From Candidatus Latescibacterota bacterium (GTDB lineage: Bacteria > Krumholzibacteriota > Krumholzibacteriia > WVZY01 > JAKEHA01), in NCBI GenBank assembly GCA_963707635.1, contig OY970173.1, positions 1,408,001 to 1,472,000 of the forward strand: a stretch of DNA of 64,000 bases, written 5' to 3'. The notes under the pieces were generated by a model. That model saw only the letters and a list, made by a program, of their open reading frames with translations, was not told the origin of the DNA and made no database searches. Shown in pieces: positions 29,278 through 40,122 of the stretch (positions are counted from its first letter, which is position 1; every line of letters begins with the position of its first letter). A program made the translations under genes and the position numbers.

Positions 29278-30732
29278 ATGCGGCCACGATTTTTCCTCGT
29301 TCTTGGCACCTTGTGCGCTCTCGCCGTCCGCCCGGTCGACGCGACCCCGGCGCCGGCTGGCCCGGCCGCGGGCGCGAGCGAAAGCTGGTTCATCGTGCGC
29401 ATAGGCGACGTGCCGGTCGGCACCGCCTCCGAACGCTGGTCCGAGGAGGCGGGACTGATCGTGTTCCGCGCGCACATGAACATCAATTTCACGCGCATGG
29501 GAACACCGCTCGAGATGAGCATCCTCGCGGAGGAAACCTGCGACTCCAGGGGCGAGTTTCGCGGCGCGCGCATGGAAAGCTCGGTGTCCAACCTGCGCGC
29601 GAGCGCCGTGCTGGCGGGCGACTCGGTCCAATACGAGTCGAGCGCGGGCGGGGCAACCCACCGGCGCACGCTGGCGTGGGACCCCGCGGCGGTGACGGAG
29701 ATGCGGGCGCGGGAGCGCGTGCGCGCGTGGCTGGCGGGGGCAGCTCCGGAAACGACAGTGACCAACTTCGACGTCGCCGACGGCAGTTTCCACCGCCAGC
29801 GTCTCGTGCGCGGCGCCACCGACACGATCCGGGGCGCGACGCTCACGCTGGTGGACCAGTTCGACGATGACGCGACCACGGCGACTTCGACCACCTGGCT
29901 CGCGCCGGACGGCGAAGAGGTGCGCACGGTAGTCCGGCAACTTGGCGTGGAGATCGTGATCGAACGCGTCACCGCCGACGAACTGGCGACGCTGGAGATC
30001 GAGTCCAGCTTTGACATCATCCGCCAGTCGATGGTGCGCTGCGAGGGGTTTCCCACCCCGGTCGCGCGCCTCGACCGCGTCACGCTCCTGCTCGAATTCG
30101 CGAAGGCACCGCCACTCGCGTCCATGGACGGACCGAATCAGATCGAAGTGGCGCGCGACGAACACTCGGTCCGGCTCACGCTGACGCGCGAGACCGCGCA
30201 CCGGGTGAACGCCGACCGCGACGACCTCGCGATTTTCCTGCGCCCGGATCGATTCGTCCAGTCGGACGACGCCACGCTGCGGATGGTCGCGGACAGCCTG
30301 CGCGCCGCCACTGGAACCGGCGGGTGGCCGCTCGCGCGCGCCATCGCCGCCTTCGTCAACCGGCACATCGTGCACAAGGGCATGGAACACGGCTACGACT
30401 CGGCGCTGGACGTGTACCGGTCCCGCGCGGGCGATTGCACCGAACACTCGCTGCTCACGGTCGCGTTGCTGCGGGCCGCCGGGATCCCGGCGCGCCCCGC
30501 GGTTGGGCTTGCCTACGGCGCGGCGGAAGGGGCGTTCGTCGGCCACATGTGGGTCGAAGCGTACGTCGACTACTGGCGCACGCTCGATGCCCTCGACCTG
30601 GCCCTCGACCCGATCCGCATCCGCGTGCACGCGCCGAAGCCGAACGAGACCCTCGGCGAGCGCGACCTCATGCGCGCGTACAGTGAAGTCGCCGGGGTTG
30701 TCATACGGGTCGTCGACCAACGTTCCCACTAG
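29278..30732 (+). CDS. Exported transglutaminase-like domain protein
   Basis: Signal peptide; GDCTEHS..LRAAGIPAR, GHMWVEAY, LD triad pattern. Confidence 0.85.
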   Translation: MRPRFFLVLGTLCALAVRPVDATPAPAGPAAGASESWFIVRIGDVPVGTASERWSEEAGLIVFRAHMNINFTRMGTPLEMSILAEETCDSRGEFRGARMESSVSNLRASAVLAGDSVQYESSAGGATHRRTLAWDPAAVTEMRARERVRAWLAGAAPETTVTNFDVADGSFHRQRLVRGATDTIRGATLTLVDQFDDDATTATSTTWLAPDGEEVRTVVRQLGVEIVIERVTADELATLEIESSFDIIRQSMVRCEGFPTPVARLDRVTLLLEFAKAPPLASMDGPNQIEVARDEHSVRLTLTRETAHRVNADRDDLAIFLRPDRFVQSDDATLRMVADSLRAATGTGGWPLARAIAAFVNRHIVHKGMEHGYDSALDVYRSRAGDCTEHSLLTVALLRAAGIPARPAVGLAYGAAEGAFVGHMWVEAYVDYWRTLDALDLALDPIRIRVHAPKPNETLGERDLMRAYSEVAGVVIRVVDQRSH

Positions 30733-30766
30733 CCGCGCCATCAGCCGAAGATCATCGGAGGTTGTC

Positions 30767-32155
30767 TTGCCGACGCTCAAGCAAACCATGTTTCGCGAAT
30801 ACGACATCCGGGGCCGGGTCACGGACGAGGAGCTGAACGCGACCAGCGCCGAGTGGATCGGGCGCGGATTTGGAACCTTTCTCGCGCGGCGCGGAATCGA
30901 CGACATGGTCGTCGGCTATGACTGCCGCTTCGGCTCGGTCGAGATCAAGGACGGGCTGGTCGCCGGGCTGCGCGCGACGGGGCGCAACGTCATCATGGTG
31001 GGCATGTGCCTGACCCCGATGATGTACTGGTCGCAGTACCGGTTCGAGGTGCGGGGCGGCGCGATGGTGACCGGCAGCCACAACCCCAAGGGCTGGAACG
31101 GGCTCAAGCTCGCCGCCGGGCTCTCGTCCACGCTGGTTGCCGATGAGATCCGCGAGCTCTACGACCTGATCGCGCGCGAGGACTTCGAGCGCGGACGCGG
31201 CGACTACTCGGAGGTGACGATATTCGACGACTACGCGGTGGACCTCACCTCGCGCGTGCGGGTGGTGCGCCCGCTCAAGGTCGTTATCGACACCGGCAAC
31301 GGGACGGCGGGCGCGTTCGCGCCGCGCGTGTTCCGGGACGCCGGCCTCACCGTCGTCGAGCAGTTCACCGAGCTCGATCCGGACTTTCCCAACCACGAGC
31401 CCGACCCCGCGCGCACGGACACCGTCGAGGCGCTGGGAAAACGCGTCCGCGCCGAGGGGGCCGACCTCGGCCTGGCGTTCGACGGCGACGGCGACCGCTT
31501 CGGCGTCGTCGACGAGAAGGGCGACGTCATCTGGCCGGACCGCTACCTGATCCTGCTCTCCCGGCAGGTGCTCGAGCGCGCGCCCGGCGGGAAGATCGTG
31601 TTCGACGTCAAGTGCTCGCAGGCACTGGAGGACGACATCCGCGCGCACGGGGGAAAGCCGATCATGTGGAGGACGGGGCATTCGCACATCAAAGCCAAGC
31701 TGCAGGAAGAGAAGGCGGTGCTCGCCGGCGAGATGAGCGGGCACGTCTTCTTCGTGGAGAACTACTACGGGTTCGACGACGGCATCTACGCGGCGCTGCG
31801 CTTCGTCGAGTACGTGTCCGGGCGGCGGGAGCCGTTGTCGACGATCATGGCGGGCACGCCGAGCTACCTGTCGACGCCGGCCATCAGCGTGAAGTGCGCG
31901 GACGAGGTGAAGTACGGCGTGGTCGAGAAGCTGGTCGCGGATCTCAAGCGCGACTTCGACCGGGTGATCGATATCAACGGCGCGCGCGTCGTGTTCGACG
32001 ACGGGTGGGGGCTGGTGCGCGCGTCGTCCAACCTGCCGGAGCTGGTGCTTCGCTTCGAGGCGAAGACGCCGGAGCGCCTTGCCGAGATCAAGCAGACGTT
32101 TCGCCGTTACCTCGAGCGGTATCCGGAGATCGACCGGCACTGGGAGAACGAATGA
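30767..32155 (+). CDS. Phosphomannomutase/phosphoglucomutase
   Basis: FREYDIRG, TGSHNP, FDGDGDR, GEMSGH, VRASSN; TTG start after GGAGG. Confidence 0.95.
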   Translation: MPTLKQTMFREYDIRGRVTDEELNATSAEWIGRGFGTFLARRGIDDMVVGYDCRFGSVEIKDGLVAGLRATGRNVIMVGMCLTPMMYWSQYRFEVRGGAMVTGSHNPKGWNGLKLAAGLSSTLVADEIRELYDLIAREDFERGRGDYSEVTIFDDYAVDLTSRVRVVRPLKVVIDTGNGTAGAFAPRVFRDAGLTVVEQFTELDPDFPNHEPDPARTDTVEALGKRVRAEGADLGLAFDGDGDRFGVVDEKGDVIWPDRYLILLSRQVLERAPGGKIVFDVKCSQALEDDIRAHGGKPIMWRTGHSHIKAKLQEEKAVLAGEMSGHVFFVENYYGFDDGIYAALRFVEYVSGRREPLSTIMAGTPSYLSTPAISVKCADEVKYGVVEKLVADLKRDFDRVIDINGARVVFDDGWGLVRASSNLPELVLRFEAKTPERLAEIKQTFRRYLERYPEIDRHWENE

Positions 32156-33984
32156 TGAGACTCACACACTTCGTGGTCGTGGCGGCCGTAGCGGTGGCGG
32201 TGTCGTGGCCCGTGGCGGCGGCGGCGGAGAAGGCGAAGTCGCTCCCGGCCGGCTACCTCGCGCTCGATCAGTCGCAGGCGATTCTGGACAAGACGCTGCG
32301 CGTGCACCTCGCGCCCGATATCACGCTCCTCACCGAACGGGAACGCCGCACCGTCGACCTGTTGATCGAAGTGGGTGCAATCGTGCAGCGATTGCACGAA
32401 TCCATGAAGCACCGACAAGCGCTCGAGGCGCAGGACGAGCTGGTCGCCCTCGATCGCGAGCTCGGCTCGCCCGCCGCGACGCAGAACCTGCTCGTCCTCT
32501 ATTACATGAGCGAGGGGCCCGTCGTGCGTATGCTCGACAACGTCCGCCGGCCGGTGCTGCCGGTGGACCCGCCCGCGCCCGGCGGGACCGTGTACCCGTG
32601 GGGGGTGACGAAGGAGGAGATCGACGCCTTCCTCGCCGCCCATCCGGATGCGCGCGCGTCGATCCTGGCCCCGCGGACCGCGGTGCGTCGGGCGGACAAG
32701 GCGTCGCTAAAGCGGGATCTCGCGACGTTGGACCGCTACCCCGTGCTCGGCGCGCTGCACGCGGGCCTCGAGGCCTCGCTCGAAGCGGCCGCGCGGAAGC
32801 CCGACCCGAAGGCGTTCTACGCCGTTCCGTACTCGGTCGCGTTCGCGGACGAGCTGGTTTCGGTGCACGCGCTCCTCTCCCGCGCCGCCGAAACCATCGA
32901 GCCCGAGGACGAGGATTTCGCGGCCTACCTGCGGAACCGCGCGCGCGATCTCTTGAGCGACGACTACGAGTCCGGCGACGCGTCCTGGGTGGCGGGACGG
33001 TTCCACACCCTCAACGCCCAGATCGGCTCTTACGAGACCTACGACGACGAGCTGTACGGATCCAAGACCTACTTCGGGTGCAACGTACTCATCGTCGATC
33101 GCGCGCGCAGCGACGCGCTGCGGACGGCCACCGCGGAGCTGCAGCGATTCGAGGACTCGCTCCCCTATGACGAGGGCAAGCCGCACAAGCGCGTGCGCAC
33201 GGACATCCCCGTCGGCGCCTACGACGTAGTCGCCGACTTCGGGCAGTCGCGGGGAACCAACACCGCGAGCATCCTGCCCAACGACGCCGGCATGGCGCGC
33301 AAGTATGGGCGCACGATTCTGCTGCGCCGCAATATCATGACCGACCCCGGACTGTTCGAAATCAGCCGCGGTGCGTACGTGGCCGCGGTGAGCGACGAAT
33401 TCGCGAACGACCTCACTGCCGACGCGGGCTTCCAACGCACCCTGTGGCACGAAGTAGGGCACTACCTGGGTGTGGCCCGCACGCGCGACGGTCGCGATCT
33501 GGATCTGGCGTTGGAGCAGGCGTCGGCTATCTACGAAGAGATGAAGGCCGACCTGGTGTCGCTCTATATCGCGCCCGAGCTGGAGCGGATGGGCTACTAC
33601 GACGCGGCGGCGCGGCGCTCCCTGTACGCGAGCGGCGTGCGCCGGGTGCTGCAGAAGAACCGGCCCGAGCGCGCGCAGGTGTATCAGACCATGCAGCTGA
33701 TGCAGTGGAACTACTTCCTTGCCAACGGCGCGCTGACCTTCGACGGCGCCGGCGGCCGCCTGGTCATCCACTACGATCGCTTTCCCGACGCGGTGGCGAA
33801 GATGCTGCGCGAGGTGCTCGAGATCCAGGCGGCGGGTGACCGTCCGGCGGCGGAAGCCTATATCACCAAGTGGACCGAGTGGCGCGACGACCTCCATGGA
33901 CGCGTCGCCGCCGCCATGCGCGCGGCGGAGAAGTACCGGTACGCGTACGTCACCTACGAGCTGGTCGACGGCCCGGCGGAATGA
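32152..33984 (+). CDS. Exported M49-like (dipeptidyl-peptidase III family) metallopeptidase
   Basis: Signal peptide; IGSYETYDDEL, LPND, HEVGH and EEMKAD motifs. Confidence 0.75.
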   Translation: MMRLTHFVVVAAVAVAVSWPVAAAAEKAKSLPAGYLALDQSQAILDKTLRVHLAPDITLLTERERRTVDLLIEVGAIVQRLHESMKHRQALEAQDELVALDRELGSPAATQNLLVLYYMSEGPVVRMLDNVRRPVLPVDPPAPGGTVYPWGVTKEEIDAFLAAHPDARASILAPRTAVRRADKASLKRDLATLDRYPVLGALHAGLEASLEAAARKPDPKAFYAVPYSVAFADELVSVHALLSRAAETIEPEDEDFAAYLRNRARDLLSDDYESGDASWVAGRFHTLNAQIGSYETYDDELYGSKTYFGCNVLIVDRARSDALRTATAELQRFEDSLPYDEGKPHKRVRTDIPVGAYDVVADFGQSRGTNTASILPNDAGMARKYGRTILLRRNIMTDPGLFEISRGAYVAAVSDEFANDLTADAGFQRTLWHEVGHYLGVARTRDGRDLDLALEQASAIYEEMKADLVSLYIAPELERMGYYDAAARRSLYASGVRRVLQKNRPERAQVYQTMQLMQWNYFLANGALTFDGAGGRLVIHYDRFPDAVAKMLREVLEIQAAGDRPAAEAYITKWTEWRDDLHGRVAAAMRAAEKYRYAYVTYELVDGPAE

Positions 33985-34898
33985 CCGGCACCGCGTCACC
34001 GCCGGCCGCGCGCCGCGGCGAGCTCGAGATCGTCGCCGGGAGCGTGCTGATCAGCTTCTCGGCCGTGTTCGTGAAGCTGGCCCACGTGGGACCGACCGCG
34101 GCGGGCGTGTATCGTAACGCCTTCGGCGCGATGGCGCTGCTCGCGCTGGTGGCGCTGCGGCGCGACCGGCTGTGGAATGGGATGCGCCGGGCGCGCTGGG
34201 CGCTGGCGGCCGGCGCGTGCTTCACCGCCGACATCTACTTCTGGCATCGCTCCATCAACTACGTGGGCCCCGGTCTGGCGACGATCCTGGGAAACTTCCA
34301 GGTCTTCTTTCTCGCCGCCACCGGGATTCTCGTGTTCCATGAGCGCGCGACGCTACGGTTTCTGCTCGCCGTTCCCCTCGCCGTTGCCGGCCTGTTCCTG
34401 CTCGTCGGTCTCCACTGGGGCGATTTCGACGCCACCTACCGGCGCGGTGTGCTCTACGGGCTGCTCACCGCGGCGAGCTATGCCGCGTACCTGCTCTGCC
34501 TGCGGGCGGCGGGCCGCGAGCGCGACCGGGTATCCGCCGTGGCCAACATGGCGGGAGTGTCGATGGTGACGGCCGCGTTGCTCACCGCCATTGCGCTGGC
34601 ACAGCGCGAGAGCCTGCGCATCCCGGACGCGCGGACCCTCGCGGTGCTGGTCGCGTACGGGGTGCTCTGCCAGGCGATCGGGTGGATTATCATCTCGCGC
34701 CGCCTGCGCGAGGTCGACGCGTCCCGGGCGTCGCTCATCCTGTTGCTCCAGCCGTCGCTCACGCTGATCTGGGACATTCTCTTCTTCGGCCGGCCGACCG
34801 CGCCAATCGAGGCCGGCGGCGCCGCGCTCACGCTTGCCGCGATCTACCTGGGCAGTGCTCGTCCGCGCGCGAGCGCCTCCGCGGGAGGCCGCCCGTGA
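33981..34898 (+). CDS. DMT/EamA family transporter
   Basis: About 10 TM helices in two repeats; ATILGNFQ, LLLQP. Confidence 0.9.
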   Translation: MTGTASPPAARRGELEIVAGSVLISFSAVFVKLAHVGPTAAGVYRNAFGAMALLALVALRRDRLWNGMRRARWALAAGACFTADIYFWHRSINYVGPGLATILGNFQVFFLAATGILVFHERATLRFLLAVPLAVAGLFLLVGLHWGDFDATYRRGVLYGLLTAASYAAYLLCLRAAGRERDRVSAVANMAGVSMVTAALLTAIALAQRESLRIPDARTLAVLVAYGVLCQAIGWIIISRRLREVDASRASLILLLQPSLTLIWDILFFGRPTAPIEAGGAALTLAAIYLGSARPRASASAGGRP

Positions 34899-35331
34899 AC
34901 TGGCGGCTCCTGGGATCGCTGGCGCCGATCGGCCCGGTGATGGGCACGCTCATGGTGCTCGGGGTGCTTTCCGAAGGGGCGCGGACCGGTTCGTGTGGTT
35001 CGCGGTCGTGATCGGGACCGCGCTCCTGGTGGCGCGGCGCGTGCCCGCGCGTGCACTCCTGCACGGGGCCCTGGCGGGATTCTGGAACGGTGCCACCTCC
35101 ACGCTGGTACAGGCGCTCTTCCTGGAGACGCTGGTTGCCAACAACCCATGGTTCCCCGACGCGTTCGCAAAGCAGCCACCGGGATTCGACCTCGACTATT
35201 TCGTATTCATGACAGTGCCGTTCATCGGCGTCGCCGGGGGCGCGATGACGGGACTCCTCTCCATGCTGGCCGTGCGCATCTTCGCCGCGCGCGCGGCGGC
35301 TCGTTCCGGCGGCGGAGAAACGCGTTCTTGA
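34895..35331 (+). pseudogene. Small membrane protein with one apparent frameshift near 34980
   Basis: GTGA-coupled start reading MNWRLLGSLAPIG...VLSEG; hydrophobic continuation ADRFVWFAVV... lies in another frame. Confidence 0.6.
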
Positions 35332-35364
35332 CAATCCATCGCGCATGACCAACGCTCTGTCAGA

Positions 35365-36804
35365 ATGAAAAAACACGCCGAGCTCAACCTCCGACGGCGC
35401 ACGAAGATCGTGGGCACGCTCGGGCCCGCCAGCGATTCCCCCGCCATGATCGAGTCCCTCATCCAGGCGGGGCTCAACGTCGCGCGCATCAATACCTCGC
35501 ACGGCACGCTGGAATCGCACGCGCGCATGATCGCCAATGTTCGCGCGGTGGCGAAGAAGCTCGGCGTGTACGTGCCGGTGCTGCTCGACCTGTCCGGGCT
35601 GAAGATGCGCATCGGGACCATCGCGGCGGGGTCGGCGGTGCTGCGCGCCGGCGACCGCTTCGCGCTCACAACCCGCGCAGTCCCGGGGGACTGGAAGGCG
35701 GTGTCGATCAACTACCCGGCGCTGGTCAGCGACGTGTCTCCCGGCGACCGCATTCTGATGGGTGACGGTGAGATCGAACTGCGCGCGGTGTCGAAGACGG
35801 ACACCGACCTCGAGTGCGAGGTCGTGGTGGGCGGCGAGTTGAGGTCCAATAAGGGCGTCAACACGCCGGGGGTGAAGCTGCGGGAAACGGTGCCGACCGA
35901 GAAGGACCTGGGCAACGTCGCCTTCGGCATCAAGCACGGCGTGGATTTCTTCGCGCTCTCGTTCATTCGCAACGCCGAGGAAGTCCGGCGCCTGCGCTGG
36001 GTGTTGCGCGAGCAGGGCGCCGACATCGCGATCATCGCGAAGATCGAGAAGAAGGAAGCGCTCGACAACCTCCCGGACATCCTCGGCGCCTCGGACGCCG
36101 TGATGATCGCGCGCGGGGACCTGGGGCTGGAGCTGCCGATCGAACAGGTGCCCCTGATCCAGAAGGACGTGATCCGGGCCGCGCTGGAGGCGAGCAAGCC
36201 GGTCATCACGGCGACGCAGATGCTCGAGTCGATGATCCAGAACCCGCGGCCGACGCGTGCGGAAGCGGCGGACATCGCCAATGCGGTGTTCGACGGCACC
36301 GACGCGGTGATGCTCTCGGGAGAGACCGCGTCGGGCAAGTACCCGATCGAAGCGGTCCGCACCATGGCCGAGGTCGCGGAGGCGAGCGAGGCGCGCATCG
36401 ATTATGCGAAGCGATTCGCGGAGATCGCCCCTAACCCCGGGCGCACGATCCCGGAGGCGGTGGCGCACGCCGCGTGCCTGACCGCGATCGAGATCGGGGC
36501 GCGCGTGATTCTTTGTTGCACGCGCTCGGGCCAGACGGCGTTGTACGTCTCGAACCGGCGCGCGCCGACCAAGATCGCCGTCATCAGCCCCCACGAGCCG
36601 ACACTCAATCGCACGATGCTGTACTGGAACGCGGTGTCGGTGAAGATCCGCGGCGGCGGCGACACCGACGCCATGATCGGTGCCGCCAAGGACGCGGTGG
36701 TGGCGGCCGGCATCGCGCAGCCGGGCGACCGCGTGGTGGTGGTGGCGGGCGTTCCGGTCGACGTGCCGGGAACCACCAACATGATCAAGGCCGACGTCTT
36801 GTAG
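35365..36804 (+). CDS. pyk: Pyruvate kinase
   Basis: RTKIVGTLGPAS, ARINTSHG, IIAKIE, MIARGDLG, ATQMLESM, MLSGETA. Confidence 0.97.
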   Translation: MKKHAELNLRRRTKIVGTLGPASDSPAMIESLIQAGLNVARINTSHGTLESHARMIANVRAVAKKLGVYVPVLLDLSGLKMRIGTIAAGSAVLRAGDRFALTTRAVPGDWKAVSINYPALVSDVSPGDRILMGDGEIELRAVSKTDTDLECEVVVGGELRSNKGVNTPGVKLRETVPTEKDLGNVAFGIKHGVDFFALSFIRNAEEVRRLRWVLREQGADIAIIAKIEKKEALDNLPDILGASDAVMIARGDLGLELPIEQVPLIQKDVIRAALEASKPVITATQMLESMIQNPRPTRAEAADIANAVFDGTDAVMLSGETASGKYPIEAVRTMAEVAEASEARIDYAKRFAEIAPNPGRTIPEAVAHAACLTAIEIGARVILCCTRSGQTALYVSNRRAPTKIAVISPHEPTLNRTMLYWNAVSVKIRGGGDTDAMIGAAKDAVVAAGIAQPGDRVVVVAGVPVDVPGTTNMIKADVL

Positions 36805-36878
36805 ACGAGGAATCGAGAAGCACGAGCGGGTGGCGCCACCGGGCTGTCGGCGACAGGACCCGCGTAGTTATACGGGCA

Positions 36879-38315
36879 ATGCTGAAGGATCGATACCCCT
36901 ACTATCTCGCCAATCGCGCCGTCCAGGCCAACGCCGACCTGCCGGTGAGCGACAAGTACCGCGGCGAGGTCGCGACCCGCGTGGCACTCGCGGACGACCG
37001 GGTCTACGACGAGGCGATCGGACTCGCGGTCGCGGCGGCCCCGGCGATGCGCGCGCTGGCCGCGTTCGAACGGCGCGACGCGCTCCTGCACTGCGTGCGC
37101 CGGTTCGGCGAGCGGCGCGACGAGCTCGCGGAAGTGCTGTGCGTCGAGGCGGGGAAGCCCATCACCGACAGCCGCGGCGAGGTCGGGCGCCTGATCGACA
37201 CCTTCCAGGTCGCGGCCGAGGAGGCGACCCGCCTCACCGGCGAAGTGATGCCGCTCGACATCTCGCCGCGCTCGCGCGACTACAGCGGCATGTGGAAGCG
37301 CGTCCCGGTCGGTGTGTGCGCATTCATCACGCCGTTCAACTTTCCGCTGAACCTGGTCGCGCACAAGGTGGCACCGGCGCTCGCGGTGGGCTGCCCGTTC
37401 GTGCTCAAGCCGGCCAGCACCACGCCCGTGGGCGCGTTGCTGGTGGGAGAGATCCTGGCCGAGACGGCGCTGCCCGCGGGCGCGTTCTCGATCCTGCCCG
37501 CGCGCGGGGCGGACGCGGAACGTCTCGCCACCGACGAGCGTATCCGCTTCTTGAGCTTCACCGGTTCCCCTTCGGTCGGGTGGGCGCTGAAGGCGCGCGC
37601 CGGGCGCAAGAAGGTGACCCTCGAGCTCGGTGGCAACGCCGCCGTGATCGTCGACGCGGACGCGGACCTCGACGACGCGGTGGCGCGTATTGTCTTTGGA
37701 GCGTTCTACCAGTCGGGGCAGAGCTGCATCGGCGTGCAGCGCGTCATCGTACACGAGTCGATCTACGACGCGTTCAGGTCGAAGCTCGTTACCGCCACCG
37801 CGGCCCTCAAGATGGGCGACCCGCGGCGCGAGCACACGTTCATCGGCCCGATGATCTCCGAAGAGGAAGCGCGCCGGCTGGCGGGGTGGATCGACGCGGC
37901 CCGCACCCGCGGCGCGCGGGTGCTGACCGGCGGCAGGCGCGACGGGGCGCTGCTGGAGGCGACGTTGCTCGAGAACGTCCCCCGCGACGCCGACCTGTGC
38001 GCGAAGGAAGCGTTCGGCCCCGTGGCGGTATTGTCGACGTTTCGGGACTTCGACGCGGCCCTCGACGAGGTCAACGACAGCGTCTACGGGTTGCAGGCGG
38101 GGGTGTTTACGCGCGACATATACCGGGCCCACCGCGCGTGGGACCGGCTGGAAGTGGGAGCGGTGATCGTCGGCGACGTGCCGTCGTGGCGCGTCGACCA
38201 CATGCCCTACGGAGGGGTCAAGGAGAGCGGGCAGGGGCGCGAGGGAGTACGGTTCGCCATGGAAGAAATGACGGAGATCCGCATGTTCGTGCTGCGGACC
38301 CCGCCCGCGCGCTGA
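36879..38315 (+). CDS. Aldehyde dehydrogenase family protein
   Basis: ITPFNFPLNL, FTGS, LELGGNA, GQSC, EAFGPV, GGVKESG. Confidence 0.93.
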   Translation: MLKDRYPYYLANRAVQANADLPVSDKYRGEVATRVALADDRVYDEAIGLAVAAAPAMRALAAFERRDALLHCVRRFGERRDELAEVLCVEAGKPITDSRGEVGRLIDTFQVAAEEATRLTGEVMPLDISPRSRDYSGMWKRVPVGVCAFITPFNFPLNLVAHKVAPALAVGCPFVLKPASTTPVGALLVGEILAETALPAGAFSILPARGADAERLATDERIRFLSFTGSPSVGWALKARAGRKKVTLELGGNAAVIVDADADLDDAVARIVFGAFYQSGQSCIGVQRVIVHESIYDAFRSKLVTATAALKMGDPRREHTFIGPMISEEEARRLAGWIDAARTRGARVLTGGRRDGALLEATLLENVPRDADLCAKEAFGPVAVLSTFRDFDAALDEVNDSVYGLQAGVFTRDIYRAHRAWDRLEVGAVIVGDVPSWRVDHMPYGGVKESGQGREGVRFAMEEMTEIRMFVLRTPPAR

Positions 38316-38353
38316 TATCGTACCAAAGAACTCGAGAAGGAGCGGAAACAGCG

Positions 38354-40072
38354 ATGAAATGGATAACGGCGGCTTGCGTGTTGGCACTGTTCACGGGCGT
38401 GGCCATGGCGGTATCGGCGGACAAGGACTTCGAGTCGCTTGCAAACGCGTATGTAGCGCAACTGCTCGCGATCAACCCCGAGCTCGCCACGACGCTGGGG
38501 AACCATCAGTACGACGGGCGGCTGACCGACCGTTCGGCCGCGGGCGTGGCCGCGCAAGCGACGCTGGCGAAGGAGTACCTGTCCAAACTCGGCGCCATCG
38601 ATGCCTCGAAGTTGAGCGAGGTCAACGCGATCGATTGCGACATCCTGCGGCTCAACCTCGAGCGCACGGTGTTCGAAGTGGACGATCTGCGCGAGCACGA
38701 GTGGAATCCGCTCTTCTATAACATGGGAGGAGCGATCTACGCGCTGGTCGCGCGCGACTTCGCTCCCATCGACAAGCGCCTGAAGAGCGTCGAGGAGCGC
38801 CTGCAGGGCATACCGGCGGTGGTGGCGGCAGCGAAGGCGAATCTCAAGCAGCCGCCCGAGATGCACACGCGCACCGCGATGTTGCAGAACCAGGGCAACA
38901 TCGCGCTGATTCGCGACGACCTGTCGCAATTCGTGGCGCAGGCGCCGGACATGGAGAAGGAGCTGGCGCCCGCGCGCGCGGCCGCCGTGGCCGCGCTCGA
39001 GGAGTACGGCACCTGGCTGGAGAAGGACCTGCTGCCGCGCTCGACCGGCGACTTCCGGCTCGGCGACGCGATGTGGCGTAAGAAGCTCCGCTTTTCGCTC
39101 GACTCCGACCTCTCCAAGGAGGAGATCTACGCGCGCGCCACCGCGGACCTCAAGGCCACACAGCAGGCGATGTACGCGACCGCGCTGCCGCTCTTCAAGA
39201 AGTTCCACCCCGAGATCACGGACCCGGCGGTGCTCGCCGACGTCAAGCACATCAACCGCGCGGTGCTCGACAAGCTGGCCGAATCGCGGCCCAGCAACGA
39301 GACCATCGTCGACGAGGCCAAGGCCACGCTGGACGCGGCGACCAAATTCACGCGCGAGCACAAGCTCATCACGGTTCCGAACGAACCCGTCAAGATCATC
39401 GTGATGCCGGAGTTCCAGCGCGGCGTTGCCATCGCGTACTGCGAGAGCCCCGGCCCGCTCGAGCCGAACGGGGAGACCTTCTACTCGATCGCGCCCACGC
39501 CGAAGGACTGGACGTCAGAGCGCGCCGAGTCGTTCTTCAAGGAGTACAACGACTACATGCTCTGCGACCTCACCGTGCACGAGGCGATGCCCGGGCACTA
39601 CCTCCAGGGTGCGCATTCGAACCAGTTTCGCGCGCCGACTTTGGTGCGCGCGATCTTCTCCAGCGGCTCGTTCGCGGAAGGGTGGGCCGTGTACACCGAG
39701 AAGGTGATGGCGGAAGCGGGCTTCGGCGGTCCGGAGGTCCGGATGCAACAGCTCAAGATGCGGTTGCGCGTGATCATCAATGCTATCATCGACCAGAAGA
39801 TCCACACCGAAGGCATGAGCGAAGCCGACGCGATGGCGATCATGAAGAACGAGGGCTTCCAGGAAGACGGGGAGGCCGCCGGCAAGTGGCGCCGCGCGTG
39901 TCTCACCTCGACGCAGCTCTCGACCTACTTCGTCGGCAGCGCCGAGGTCGAAGGGATGCGAACCGCGTACGAGGCGAAGAACAAGAACGTGAACCTGATG
40001 AAGATGCACGACACCATGCTCTCCTTCGGGACGCCGTCGCCGAAGTACGTGCGCCGCATGATGGGGCTGTAG
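38354..40072 (+). CDS. DUF885 family exported protein (putative metallopeptidase)
   Basis: Signal peptide; HEAMPGHYLQ, FAEGWAVYTE, QLSTYFVG. Confidence 0.88.
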   Translation: MKWITAACVLALFTGVAMAVSADKDFESLANAYVAQLLAINPELATTLGNHQYDGRLTDRSAAGVAAQATLAKEYLSKLGAIDASKLSEVNAIDCDILRLNLERTVFEVDDLREHEWNPLFYNMGGAIYALVARDFAPIDKRLKSVEERLQGIPAVVAAAKANLKQPPEMHTRTAMLQNQGNIALIRDDLSQFVAQAPDMEKELAPARAAAVAALEEYGTWLEKDLLPRSTGDFRLGDAMWRKKLRFSLDSDLSKEEIYARATADLKATQQAMYATALPLFKKFHPEITDPAVLADVKHINRAVLDKLAESRPSNETIVDEAKATLDAATKFTREHKLITVPNEPVKIIVMPEFQRGVAIAYCESPGPLEPNGETFYSIAPTPKDWTSERAESFFKEYNDYMLCDLTVHEAMPGHYLQGAHSNQFRAPTLVRAIFSSGSFAEGWAVYTEKVMAEAGFGGPEVRMQQLKMRLRVIINAIIDQKIHTEGMSEADAMAIMKNEGFQEDGEAAGKWRRACLTSTQLSTYFVGSAEVEGMRTAYEAKNKNVNLMKMHDTMLSFGTPSPKYVRRMMGL

Positions 40073-40122
40073 GGAGTGCGTTTTTTTTGGAAGGGCCCGC
40101 TACGCACAGCAGAGTGCGCGCA

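Noticed and set aside
36830..40072. Apparent 1080-aa ORF, and similar N-terminal extensions at 10738-13251, 24830-26500, 31612-33984 and 39682-42042
   Set aside because: The upstream part is an open frame overlapping another real gene. True starts with RBS or signal peptide lie downstream, so these are not fusions.
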